DNA from: a virus
Direction: 5' to 3' (one strand)
DNA length: 64,000 nucleotides
Virus record (IMG/VR): IMGVR_UViG_3300031823_000003
Span: 22,325 to 86,324 of that record
Shown here: piece by piece, positions 25,765 through 34,799 of the stretch
Numbering within the stretch: position 1 is the stretch's first letter
Layout of the letters: each line of letters starts with the position of its first letter
Made by a program: the position numbers and the translations under genes
The notes under the pieces: generated by a model
The model's database searches: none
What the model saw: only the letters and a program-made list of their open reading frames with translations
Told to the model about the DNA's origin: nothing

Positions 25765-28700
25765 TTAATTGGCCTGCACCACGATTAGTCTGGGGAACGT
25801 CACCGTGGCTGACACAAATGCCGCTTGCGTAGCGGTATCCGTGGCGCGGCCTACCTGCACGATCATCAGCGCTCCGGCTACGCATCCCGTCATATCGGTG
25901 GAGTTCATCTGCACGTTCGAGTTGGACCAGAACTGGTTGGCTGTGGTATTCAGTGTAATCGTTGACAGGGAGTGCGAGGCATTGAACGTCACATCGTCGG
26001 TTGTGGTGCCGTCACCCTTGGCGCACGATACCTGGATCGCGGGGATAATCGTATGCCCGCTGGTTGTATCTGTGGACGCGACCTGAAACCGGATAAACGG
26101 GTTGGACGCGGAGTCCCAGTCCTCGGGGATAACCACGGAGAACTGAGCGAAAGTAGAGGACGTGTCCGTGATCGCAACGAATCCACTCTTGTTGTTGGTG
26201 CCCACCCGGCAGGTGACGGTCCCGCCTGATCCGATCGACCATCCCGCGCCTGCCGTAGTGTTATTGCAGTTGGCAGCGGGGATTGTTTTGACATCGGGAA
26301 AATCTATGTAAGCGTTCGCGCCAGCGGTCGCCGTAGACACGACTACCTTGTTCGCAGTGGTGGTGGTCGAGGCGAATACATCCAGAGTGCCAGTAGACGC
26401 AGGCAGAGACGCCGTGACGGAGCCGAGCGCGCCAGTGACGGGTTGTAGTGTGACTGTCCCGCTGGTGGCGTTTCCGAATGCAATTGATCCGGCGGTGCCG
26501 CTTGCGCCGAGAGTAGGAGTGGAAGTCCATGATGTGGCTGTCGTGCTGGTAGTATTGGGGATTTGCCCGGTCGCCGCGCTGGTCGCGTTAGTGCCGCCGC
26601 CAGCGATAGGTATTGTAGGCAGATCGGCGGTCCCGATAGTCTGGTATCCGGGTGCCGCCGTGGAGCCTGTATTATTCCCCCACCACTTGTGCGCTCCGGC
26701 GTTCCCCAGAGCGAGGGTTACCGCACTGGTAGAGGCGCTATTTGTAATCAGCGTACCATCCCCGGAGACTGAAACAACCGGGCCACCGCCTTGCGGCATA
26801 ATGGCACCCAAGAGTTGCTTGTAGGAATTCGACGCACCTGTCGCAGACTGCTGCACGAAGAAATCAATAAACAGAGCATTGGTACAAGTTTGATTGGGGG
26901 AACTCACTGCTGTATTGGAATCGGTATATACGCTATCGGCTGCGGCCAGCGATGCGCCGTTCTCAATCGTCAGACCCGGTGCACCTTTGACGATCAGATT
27001 GCAACTTGCTCCGGTTCCAACCGTCGTCGCAATGATTTCATAGTTCCAAGATGCGTTCGTGATCGCTACCGTGTTCAGTGCGCTGGATTGAATTGCGGCG
27101 AGCGGGGTCACCGTACCAGAGCCGCATCCCGATACAGAACATAATTTCGCGGTAATGGTCACCTGCGGCGTACTCGCCGTGGTTGTGCTAAGAACTCCGG
27201 AACCGTGAATAGCAAAGGGCTGCCCCGCACTGTTCAGGTAACTGGCCGCAAGAGACAATTCCATCAGTTGCACATCGGTAGCCGCAGTAGGATTCGATTG
27301 AGTGACAGAGGTTGTATTTGTAACAGCGGCTAAGGCGGAAGTGCCTGCTCCGCCTGATCCACAGGCTGCTCCCGCGTCTATCGTGTTGCCGTTAGCGTCG
27401 AATTTTACGCAATCGTTGGTGGTGGTGGTACCTGTAGATAATTGCAGTTTAGAGCCATTGCCTTGTTCGGATGTGACCCCTGAGATAGCGATAAGTCCGG
27501 CACCACTCACGGTTACTGGGGATGTTGCGGTCATTGCCCCGCCGCCGGAGCTGGTTACGCAGGTCGCGCAGGCAATAACTCCCGCCGCTGAAATCGTCGC
27601 AGGAGATGTTGCGGTGAGCGCTCCTCCGTTGGTGGTAGTCGCGCAGGTAGAGCACGCGATAGTCCCGGTGCCAGTGATTGTGCCGCCTGTGATCGGGGGG
27701 GTGGTGGCAATGCTGGTAACCGATCCAATACTAAAAAATGACCCGCCATTCTGCGAGGCTTGGATCGTGTTTGTACCGGAGTTAGGCCAGAGGATGTCAA
27801 TGCCAGCAGTCGGAGTAGGCGAGGTCGATCCCGCTGTCCAGCAGAGAGCGGTTACAGTGGAAGGGCAGGCAGCACCCAGTGATCCAGCGGAGCCGATTTG
27901 CACTGTGCTGCCAAAAGTTCCGGTGGTACCTACACTCAGGCTGGTACCGACGCTATCGCTACCGCCGTTTATGATATTGCCCGTCTGATCCACGGTAAAC
28001 ACATCAACGTTGGTGTTGGCAGAGTTTGATTTCCCCTCAAACAGAAACCCGGTATTGCTCACGGTCGGAATGTACGCGAATACGACGCTGTCCGTGTTGG
28101 TGACTTGGGTGGCATTCAGTTCCCCAAATGGAGTCGCGGCAGTGCCCAATCCGGATGCGCCGGCGGAGGCGACGAGTAATGGAGTATTGACGGCGACAGA
28201 CGCTAAATTGGAGAGCGCGGTGTTCGCCCCGCTGCTGGCTGGAGTGGCACAGGCCCACGCTGATCCGTTCCATGCGAGCACCTGATTGGTAGAGCAACTG
28301 GTCAACAGTCCAAGAGTGGTTGTACCTGTCAGACCGCCACCGGAGGTTGCGCCTATCACTGCCGCTGCACATGCGCCATCGCCGCGCAGGTACGTGCTTA
28401 CTGAGCAGGTGCCGCTGAATAACGCGATTACGTCAGCACTGGCCGCAATGGATGGCACGCCCGAAGTGGTGGTGTTTTTGAGTATGCCCGTGCTCAGCCC
28501 GGAGAGCAGAGTGCCATTTATCCCTTTGACTGTAAGCACAGCGGAACTGCTCAATGTACCGTCACCGCTCACGGCCAGGCTTTTAATTGAAGTAGTGGAT
28601 GCCCAGATCGCAATCTGTCCCGGTGTAATCGTTCCCGATGTTGATACGTTCGCGGTGCTGGTGCCACACGTGGGACAGGAGATCACGCTGCCCGTCACTA

Positions 28701-28839
28701 CAATCGGAGAGGTACCCGTGTAGGTTGTGCCACCGCCTGCACCGCCTCCGCCTCCGGATTGCTGTGCGGATACGTACGCACTGCCGAACAGACCCAAGGA
28801 AAGCACGGCGACGGCGACAGCGGAGATGATTTTTTTCAT
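25765..28839 (-). CDS. Fibre-like protein with signal peptide and shaft repeats (1024 aa)
   Basis: Signal MKKIISAVAVAVLSLGLFGSAYVSA; repeats TSPIVVTGSVISCPTC, TSPATISAAGVIACATC, TSPVTVSGAGLIAI. Confidence 0.75.
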   Translation of the reverse strand: MKKIISAVAVAVLSLGLFGSAYVSAQQSGGGGGAGGGTTYTGTSPIVVTGSVISCPTCGTSTANVSTSGTITPGQIAIWASTTSIKSLAVSGDGTLSSSAVLTVKGINGTLLSGLSTGILKNTTTSGVPSIAASADVIALFSGTCSVSTYLRGDGACAAAVIGATSGGGLTGTTTLGLLTSCSTNQVLAWNGSAWACATPASSGANTALSNLASVAVNTPLLVASAGASGLGTAATPFGELNATQVTNTDSVVFAYIPTVSNTGFLFEGKSNSANTNVDVFTVDQTGNIINGGSDSVGTSLSVGTTGTFGSTVQIGSAGSLGAACPSTVTALCWTAGSTSPTPTAGIDILWPNSGTNTIQASQNGGSFFSIGSVTSIATTPPITGGTITGTGTIACSTCATTTNGGALTATSPATISAAGVIACATCVTSSGGGAMTATSPVTVSGAGLIAISGVTSEQGNGSKLQLSTGTTTTNDCVKFDANGNTIDAGAACGSGGAGTSALAAVTNTTSVTQSNPTAATDVQLMELSLAASYLNSAGQPFAIHGSGVLSTTTASTPQVTITAKLCSVSGCGSGTVTPLAAIQSSALNTVAITNASWNYEIIATTVGTGASCNLIVKGAPGLTIENGASLAAADSVYTDSNTAVSSPNQTCTNALFIDFFVQQSATGASNSYKQLLGAIMPQGGGPVVSVSGDGTLITNSASTSAVTLALGNAGAHKWWGNNTGSTAAPGYQTIGTADLPTIPIAGGGTNATSAATGQIPNTTSTTATSWTSTPTLGASGTAGSIAFGNATSGTVTLQPVTGALGSVTASLPASTGTLDVFASTTTTANKVVVSTATAGANAYIDFPDVKTIPAANCNNTTAGAGWSIGSGGTVTCRVGTNNKSGFVAITDTSSTFAQFSVVIPEDWDSASNPFIRFQVASTDTTSGHTIIPAIQVSCAKGDGTTTDDVTFNASHSLSTITLNTTANQFWSNSNVQMNSTDMTGCVAGALMIVQVGRATDTATQAAFVSATVTFPRLIVVQAN

Positions 28840-28850
28840 AAACTGATCGA

Positions 28851-29501
28851 CTAATCGACTACAACACTCACATTCCAGATATCCGTGCCAGTGCCAAATA
28901 TAAATATCTCGCTGATATCGAACGGATTTCCCGGCGAGAACATCGCCGACGAATAATATGCTGGTTGCACTCCCGTTGCGGTATTAGCCAGCTTGAATAT
29001 CCGGTAGGCAGTGGCGGTCATGCGATAGTCGCAGCCGATGTACAGGAATGTTCCGGTACCGCCGTCCTCGAAGGTAACGAGGAAGTTATTGGCTAACTGC
29101 TTGGGGAACAGATATGCCCCGGTTCCGAGCGCGCCGACCGGATAGCCGCCGGCAGCACGAGTAACAGGATTAGGACCACCTTGTGCCGACATATCAGTCT
29201 GTTTGCCAAGCGTGACCGTGTTGCCGCTGACTGACTTGATGAGCACGGTTTCGCCGCTGCCGGATACGTAGGGAGCAGCGGCCCCGGATGGCACTTGCAG
29301 CCATGCGGGTTCGCCGGGGATGAAAATGTTAGCGGCGTCATTTCCCGCTGTTGATGCCGTGCCGAGTGTAAGCACTACCGGCGAACCAGCGGGAGCGGAG
29401 GCAAACGATCCTGTGGCGGCGGTTACCCACGATCCCAGCATGGGCTGCGGAGTGTTGGTAGTGGCCAGTTTGAATGTGCTGCCGATCTTGCGGTATGCCA
29501 T
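28851..29501 (-). CDS. Probable structural protein
   Basis: 216 aa Gly/Thr/Ala-rich, in the virion module, no signal peptide. Confidence 0.55.
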   Translation of the reverse strand: MAYRKIGSTFKLATTNTPQPMLGSWVTAATGSFASAPAGSPVVLTLGTASTAGNDAANIFIPGEPAWLQVPSGAAAPYVSGSGETVLIKSVSGNTVTLGKQTDMSAQGGPNPVTRAAGGYPVGALGTGAYLFPKQLANNFLVTFEDGGTGTFLYIGCDYRMTATAYRIFKLANTATGVQPAYYSSAMFSPGNPFDISEIFIFGTGTDIWNVSVVVD

Positions 29502-29509
29502 AGAAGTGG

Positions 29510-29872
29510 TTACCGGGCCTTTCGACGTTTGCGGGTGGACTTGGGCACGGATGGAGACGCGACTGCCATTCCGTAGTTCAGGTAGTCGGGCTTGGGATCA
29601 GGATGGGTGCGCTCCGATGTGACAGTACAGGTTTTCAGGCGGGTAATGTGCTTCTGCGCATTCTCTAATATCCCGCAGGACACTTCCCGATATTGGCCTG
29701 TGCGCCAGTCCCATTCCCGGTGTGATCGCAGGCTGGCTGGATCGGTGAATGTGTCCAGTGGGATCGCGTTGGTGCGGACAGGAGGGTAGTGCGCTCCGGC
29801 TGATGCTGGTTGATTGCGCTGCGGTACCATGTGAGCGTCGAAGTCGTCGAACCGGGATGGGACTTTAGCCAT
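29510..29872 (-). CDS. Hypothetical protein
   Basis: 120 aa with GGAGAG RBS. Confidence 0.6.
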   Translation of the reverse strand: MAKVPSRFDDFDAHMVPQRNQPASAGAHYPPVRTNAIPLDTFTDPASLRSHREWDWRTGQYREVSCGILENAQKHITRLKTCTVTSERTHPDPKPDYLNYGMAVASPSVPKSTRKRRKAR

Positions 29873-29886
29873 AGCGCAATCTCTCC

Positions 29887-30333
29887 TTATGTCGCGTTCG
29901 GTCTGTCGATCAGCGTGTCACGCTTCGGGTCGGCGGCGATCCCGGTACTGACTCCCGATGGATTGACGTAGGCAGCGGGGTCGCGGTTCCACACACGGGC
30001 CTTGCCGTGAGTAATGTCACCCGCAAACTTTTCGTGCTGCGGCGGCTTGTTAGCTGTGCCGCCATCGTCATCGAATACCGCCAATGCGTACCCGTAACGC
30101 TTCTCAGAGGCGCGCAATTCAGCCAGCGAATGCACCACTGGTTTATGCCCGCGCTCATCCCGGATATGCTCTATTACCATGCCGCCCTCGAATACATTGC
30201 GCGCGGCGACCAGCGCACGCCGGGATGCGGGATCGTGAGGCTTACAATATTCCGTAAAAGTACCGTCGCGTAGATAACTCACTCCCCGTGGATGCACGTT
30301 GCGACCGGGCGGACACTTGCAGCACGTAATCAT
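29887..30333 (-). CDS. Hypothetical protein with N-terminal Cys cluster
   Basis: 148 aa; CCKC..YCKPH. Confidence 0.55.
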   Translation of the reverse strand: MITCCKCPPGRNVHPRGVSYLRDGTFTEYCKPHDPASRRALVAARNVFEGGMVIEHIRDERGHKPVVHSLAELRASEKRYGYALAVFDDDGGTANKPPQHEKFAGDITHGKARVWNRDPAAYVNPSGVSTGIAADPKRDTLIDRPNAT

Positions 30334-30355
30334 GTTAAGATTTTACTATGCGTGT

Positions 30356-31381
30356 CTACCAGTCGGCGGATTGAGCCGTCATGGCACGCAACGTGTCTCC
30401 TCCACCGTAGCTGCCGTCCGGACCGATCAGCGGCATCTGCATCTCCTGAGCCATAACTATATCGCTGCGCCATAAATTTTCATCTTCCTGTGCGGCAGTA
30501 CTGATGCGCGACTCGAACTCTTTCATCTTCTGCTGAGCCAAGGTGACCGCAGTTGCTTCCGAATAATTAGGATTATCCTTCGGGCGATACATTAGCGCCT
30601 GCGATATTGCATATGAGATCAGCGCGTCTACCCGCGTGAATGGTGGAAAGTTATCAGTGTCATTGACCAGCACCGGGGGAGTTATGTACCCAGTCCACGG
30701 ATATGCTGTCTGGACATTCGACGCTGGCCACATCTCAAATTGATAATTCCCACTTGGGTCCGGTGGCATCGTGGCAACCAGTCGCGGGAACATGACGATC
30801 AGCCGCGATGGGTCATAGTTGTCGATGAACGCCTGCGAATAATTGGTGGCGAGGCGATAATAGAGTTGCAGATTGCGTACCGAGAAGAAAAATTTCAGGT
30901 TGGGGATACTGAAATACATCGAGGTCAGATAGTATCCCGTCGATGTAACCGTCGGGTTCCCCCACGGTAAATCCAGAGTGAGCACCTGATGCGCCTGGTC
31001 GAGCGCAATCACATTGTAGATCGGGGCATAGTATCCGACGCGGAGAGACTGTTGTGTGATCGGTAGTCCGCTCAGACTCGGAGTCCAGCCTGTGCCCGTG
31101 CCTTGGACGCTGGTACTGCCGTATGTGAGGGTGATCGATCCGGTTGAGTAGAACCCGGAAGTGAGGATTTGCCCGCGTGTGAGCTGTGAATACCAGAGGC
31201 GGCGACCAACGACTTCGCGGAGAGCGTCGTTCAGCCACGACTGCACCATTGCCACGCTGGCGGATGGATTCCACGAGAGAACTTGGCCGATTGCCTGACC
31301 GTAGTTGTACTGCTGAACATAGGGCGCAACGCCGTTAGGAGTGATCTGGCCGGGAATCTGCGGGGGCGGTGTTATCGGCAT
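30356..31381 (-). CDS. Head-tail adaptor (tail tubular A-like) protein
   Basis: VQSWLNDALREVVGRRLW N-terminal helix and PPFTRVDALISYAISQAL C-terminal helix; follows the capsid module. Confidence 0.65.
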   Translation of the reverse strand: MPITPPPQIPGQITPNGVAPYVQQYNYGQAIGQVLSWNPSASVAMVQSWLNDALREVVGRRLWYSQLTRGQILTSGFYSTGSITLTYGSTSVQGTGTGWTPSLSGLPITQQSLRVGYYAPIYNVIALDQAHQVLTLDLPWGNPTVTSTGYYLTSMYFSIPNLKFFFSVRNLQLYYRLATNYSQAFIDNYDPSRLIVMFPRLVATMPPDPSGNYQFEMWPASNVQTAYPWTGYITPPVLVNDTDNFPPFTRVDALISYAISQALMYRPKDNPNYSEATAVTLAQQKMKEFESRISTAAQEDENLWRSDIVMAQEMQMPLIGPDGSYGGGDTLRAMTAQSADW

Positions 31382-31416
31382 ATCGGCAACTCGGTGTCAC
31401 CCAATTGTATCCCCAG

Positions 31417-31450
31417 AGCACAAAGGCCAAACCGATTAAAGTTTGGCCTT
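31417..31450 (-). terminator. Probable intrinsic terminator after the capsid module
   Basis: 10-bp stem AAGGCCAAAC/GTTTGGCCTT (31423-31450) with a weak U tail on the minus strand. Confidence 0.5.
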
Positions 31451-31500
31451 CATAGCGGCAGCCAGCGGAGGAAAATCCACTGTGCACCGATCGCCGGGGA

Positions 31501-31902
31501 TTATTGTCCGCGCACAGTCAGCAACCAGATCGCGCCCGCAAAGTTAAATCCAGCGGCGGCTTCGGTGAGTGGTGCAATACCCGCAGCAGCCGGGGAATTG
31601 AATACCTGAAATTTCAACTGTGAGTACCCCTCGAATCCTGCTCCGGTTGATACCGCGCCCATCTGGGCGAGTGCCAGTGTCACTTGGGGAACGTAGCCAG
31701 CGGCAGTAGAATTCTGTCCGCTTATCCACGCGCACATGATGCCGTTGGTGGAGAGGGAGCGCAGCGCGAGGGCACTGATGACGTATCCGCCTGTGACGTA
31801 GTCGCTGGTGCCGGGGACGATGAGAAAGGTATCTTCCCAGAGGCCGGGACCGAGAACAAGACGGGAACCTTGGACCGCTGGAATCGGATTAGGCAATGCC
31901 AT
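31501..31902 (-). CDS. Probable head decoration/minor structural protein
   Basis: 133 aa; SDYVTGGY motif; downstream of capsid. Confidence 0.55.
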   Translation of the reverse strand: MALPNPIPAVQGSRLVLGPGLWEDTFLIVPGTSDYVTGGYVISALALRSLSTNGIMCAWISGQNSTAAGYVPQVTLALAQMGAVSTGAGFEGYSQLKFQVFNSPAAAGIAPLTEAAAGFNFAGAIWLLTVRGQ

Positions 31903-31915
31903 TTAAGTGTCCTCG

Positions 31916-32344
31916 CTAATTTCCGATGATCGTCAGAAACATACTGTACGGGTTATTATGAGTTCCGCCGAAGTATGTCGTATCCAAAGTCACCGCATTA
32001 CTAGCCGTAACGTGAATCGTAGCAGGAGCCAGGCCGTTACCCGAACCACAACTAGCGGCACCCCCAGACTTGGAATTAGCCCCGGTATCGTCTGTCCAGT
32101 TAAGTTGATAGCTTACCGTCGTTCCGCCAGAACACGGGGTGTTTAATATTTCGGTGTAGATGAAAATTGTGTAATCTCCATCCACAGAAGGAGTAAACAG
32201 CGTATCCCCAGTGACAGATGACGTTGAACTGACTAGGGAAAATTTGGAGTAGCTGAACTGAGTGGTAGCAGCGGCATGTAATCCCAGATAACTTAATCCG
32301 AGAAGCGCAATCACCAACAGACCAGCAAAGTACCTATTATTCAT
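31916..32344 (-). CDS. Small secreted protein inserted in the head module
   Basis: Signal MNNRYFAGLLVIALLGLSYLGLHA; one Cys pair. Confidence 0.7.
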   Translation of the reverse strand: MNNRYFAGLLVIALLGLSYLGLHAAATTQFSYSKFSLVSSTSSVTGDTLFTPSVDGDYTIFIYTEILNTPCSGGTTVSYQLNWTDDTGANSKSGGAASCGSGNGLAPATIHVTASNAVTLDTTYFGGTHNNPYSMFLTIIGN

Positions 32345-32380
32345 AAAAATATTCTATCTCTCACCGCCCAAAGTGGATCA

Positions 32381-33019
32381 TCAGAACGGCGACACATACG
32401 CCATCACATCGCATAGACCGCCCGACACTGCCGACATTGCCCAACCCAAAACCTTGTTGGTCGGGGCTGTACCGGAAGCGATATGGTTGACAGCAAAGTT
32501 CGTTGCAAGCCCAATGATGGCATCGCCAGCCGCAGTACCAGCCGCCGCCACGCATCCGGGGATGAATCCGAGTAGTCCGATGAACACATAGCTGCCGTTG
32601 CCGCCGCCGTTAAGTACGGTGTTGGTAAACCCGGCTCCAGCACCAGTCGCACCCGTTGATGTATTCGGCAGCAGCCAGCCAGCGACCATATTGACACCAC
32701 CGACAGACTCAGTGGATACACCGGAGACCACGGTCAGTGTTTCATCCGTGTAATAGACTGGAGCGGGTCCGCCGACGGTCGCGGGGTTTCCGGTGGACAA
32801 GTATTTTACGTATTTCACCCACAGGAATGAGCCGTATCCAGCCGCCGACGGCAACCCAATTGATCCCTGCGACGGAGAAGGCATGCAGTACAGTGATCCC
32901 AGAGGGTTCTGCGCGCCGTTGTTCAGCAGACCGGAGTTGAACGGATCACAGGTTGCATACAGACCGTTGCCGATCTTCAAATTGGAACTGATTACCGGAT
33001 ATTCGTTTGTCAGAGCCAT
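32381..33019 (-). CDS. Probable capsid cement/decoration protein
   Basis: 212 aa Gly/Ala-rich, first structural gene after the capsid gene and endonuclease insert. Confidence 0.6.
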   Translation of the reverse strand: MALTNEYPVISSNLKIGNGLYATCDPFNSGLLNNGAQNPLGSLYCMPSPSQGSIGLPSAAGYGSFLWVKYVKYLSTGNPATVGGPAPVYYTDETLTVVSGVSTESVGGVNMVAGWLLPNTSTGATGAGAGFTNTVLNGGGNGSYVFIGLLGFIPGCVAAAGTAAGDAIIGLATNFAVNHIASGTAPTNKVLGWAMSAVSGGLCDVMAYVSPF

Positions 33020-33060
33020 TGTCTGTTCTCCGTTGCTACGAAATCGAAATCGCTAAAATC

Positions 33061-33765
33061 CTACGCGGCGATTGGTCCCGCCAATGTTGCTACAAAATCT
33101 TCGTTGCGCTCGTAAATCTTAGGAAGGCTGGGCTGTGCTGCCTCTTTGTCCGCCTCGGGGTTTACAACTAAGTCCCACCTGTCTTCATAGGACCTAATCA
33201 AGCTGAGTTTGCAATTGCGCTCACGAAAGCCCTTACCGCGCTTCCATATCGTCGTCTCGCAGCAACCCAACTCTTTTGCTATTTCCGTCTTAAGCATGCC
33301 CTTGCCCAACATTTCGTTTATCTTTAGCAAGGTCGGAGCGCTGTCACACTCGCGCATGACAATGGACATATCCCCATATGCATCGATCAGTGTAGCTGGC
33401 AGTATCCAGAAGCGTCTCTGATCCAGCCCCACAAAGATTACAAAGTCGCACTCGTTGGCGAATGTCCTACGCTTCTGTATACGCCTGTAACCGATGCCGT
33501 ATACATTTTGAGCACACGAGAACACATATGATCTGCTTCTCCCCTTATTCGGTGCTGATAAGTGGGCAGACTTAACTTGAAGGCGTAGCCCATTCAACAG
33601 CATTAAATCCACACCATGATCATCAACGACTGGTCTGTACGGATTGATCCCTTGGCGAAGCAACTCCTCCATGACTAAGAGAACTCCTCGCTCTCCCGTC
33701 TTAATTACTGATCTAACGGTTTGTACTTTCCCTCTATATCTCATAAATGGTTGAAAATTAACCAC
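33061..33765 (-). CDS. Free-standing PD-(D/E)XK endonuclease with C-terminal HTH (homing-type)
   Basis: GE..VMEELLRQG..DHGVDL..LQVKS, CDFVIFV; KTEIAKELGCCETTIWK HTH. Confidence 0.8.
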   Translation of the reverse strand: MVNFQPFMRYRGKVQTVRSVIKTGERGVLLVMEELLRQGINPYRPVVDDHGVDLMLLNGLRLQVKSAHLSAPNKGRSRSYVFSCAQNVYGIGYRRIQKRRTFANECDFVIFVGLDQRRFWILPATLIDAYGDMSIVMRECDSAPTLLKINEMLGKGMLKTEIAKELGCCETTIWKRGKGFRERNCKLSLIRSYEDRWDLVVNPEADKEAAQPSLPKIYERNEDFVATLAGPIAA

Positions 33766-33770
33766 TTAAG

Positions 33771-34745
33771 TCACTGAACGTTTTGGAGCACGAATCCCAG
33801 CCTGGGAGCGGTTACCACGACGTTCCCGCCGAACACTGTCTGTGCCGCCATATCCAGCGAGTTCGGGAGCTCTTTCCAGCCTGTAAACCCGAAGTTGAAC
33901 GCCGGGTCCTCGGATACATAACTGTCAATGAAGTCGGTGTTCATCCCGAAGATCGTATTCGCCGGGCAGTACTGATCGACTACTACTGACATTCCGTTGA
34001 ATTTGAAACTGCGGAATCCTGCGGACTGGAGATCGGGGTCAACTTCATACGTCCGCTGCATGGGCAGCATTTTCGCCCAGAACGAGTTGTATATCGACTG
34101 GGTAGTGGCGATGAAATTGGGTTGATCAGGGCCGAACGTTGCTTGGCCATATGCCACTTGGAGCTGCTGTAGTGAGAACGGCCAGTTGACGCCGCCATTG
34201 TTGAAAAAGTATCCGTTGATGCCCGCAGATGCGCCTGTCCCGACCGATGACCGTGTGATCGAGCCATACGTCGGATAATTGGTGCCATCGTCGTAGCCCG
34301 CGAGGATGCCGTCGAGCGCGATCAGGGGAGTGACGGTGCCTTGGCCGTCGGCGAAAAATTGTGTGATGAGGGTCTGCGCCAGCGCCTGCTCGGCGTTGAC
34401 CACTTTCGGTTCCAGAAAGTTCATCACCGCTGGCCAGCCGCGATTGATAGCGAGATCGGTGCGGCGCACGGTGACGTTGGCATACGAGAACTTGGGATTG
34501 AACAGCATGGCAGTCTGCGTCTGCACGTAGGAGATGTCGAATACGCCGCCGGGAGCAAAGGGTCCGGCCTTCAGAGGGGCGTACTGGAAGGGGACCTGGA
34601 TTTGCAGGCCGCCCGGATAAGGTTTGGCCATCGTGCCGCCCTTCCATACCTTGACGAATGTAGGCGACACTTTGAAATAACTGTCTAAAAATTCGCTTGA
34701 AATGTAGTTGGTCGTGACCGCCTGAAGGTCATTGAAGTTTGCCAT
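33771..34745 (-). CDS. Major capsid protein
   Basis: 324 aa after a scaffold-like gene; GGLQIQVPFQY, PNFIATTQSIY, GFRSFKFNGMSVVVDQYCP typical of HK97-fold capsid proteins. Confidence 0.85.
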   Translation of the reverse strand: MANFNDLQAVTTNYISSEFLDSYFKVSPTFVKVWKGGTMAKPYPGGLQIQVPFQYAPLKAGPFAPGGVFDISYVQTQTAMLFNPKFSYANVTVRRTDLAINRGWPAVMNFLEPKVVNAEQALAQTLITQFFADGQGTVTPLIALDGILAGYDDGTNYPTYGSITRSSVGTGASAGINGYFFNNGGVNWPFSLQQLQVAYGQATFGPDQPNFIATTQSIYNSFWAKMLPMQRTYEVDPDLQSAGFRSFKFNGMSVVVDQYCPANTIFGMNTDFIDSYVSEDPAFNFGFTGWKELPNSLDMAAQTVFGGNVVVTAPRLGFVLQNVQ

Positions 34746-34799
34746 TGACTATCTCCTGTGCTGCGACAGAAATCTTTTGTCGATCTGCCTGAATCTATG

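Noticed and set aside
13909-28839. Many 60-240 aa plus-strand and alternate-frame ORFs; also a diversity-generating retroelement for the fibres
   Set aside because: The ORFs are GC-rich shadows of long genes. No reverse transcriptase or TR/VR repeat pair was seen.
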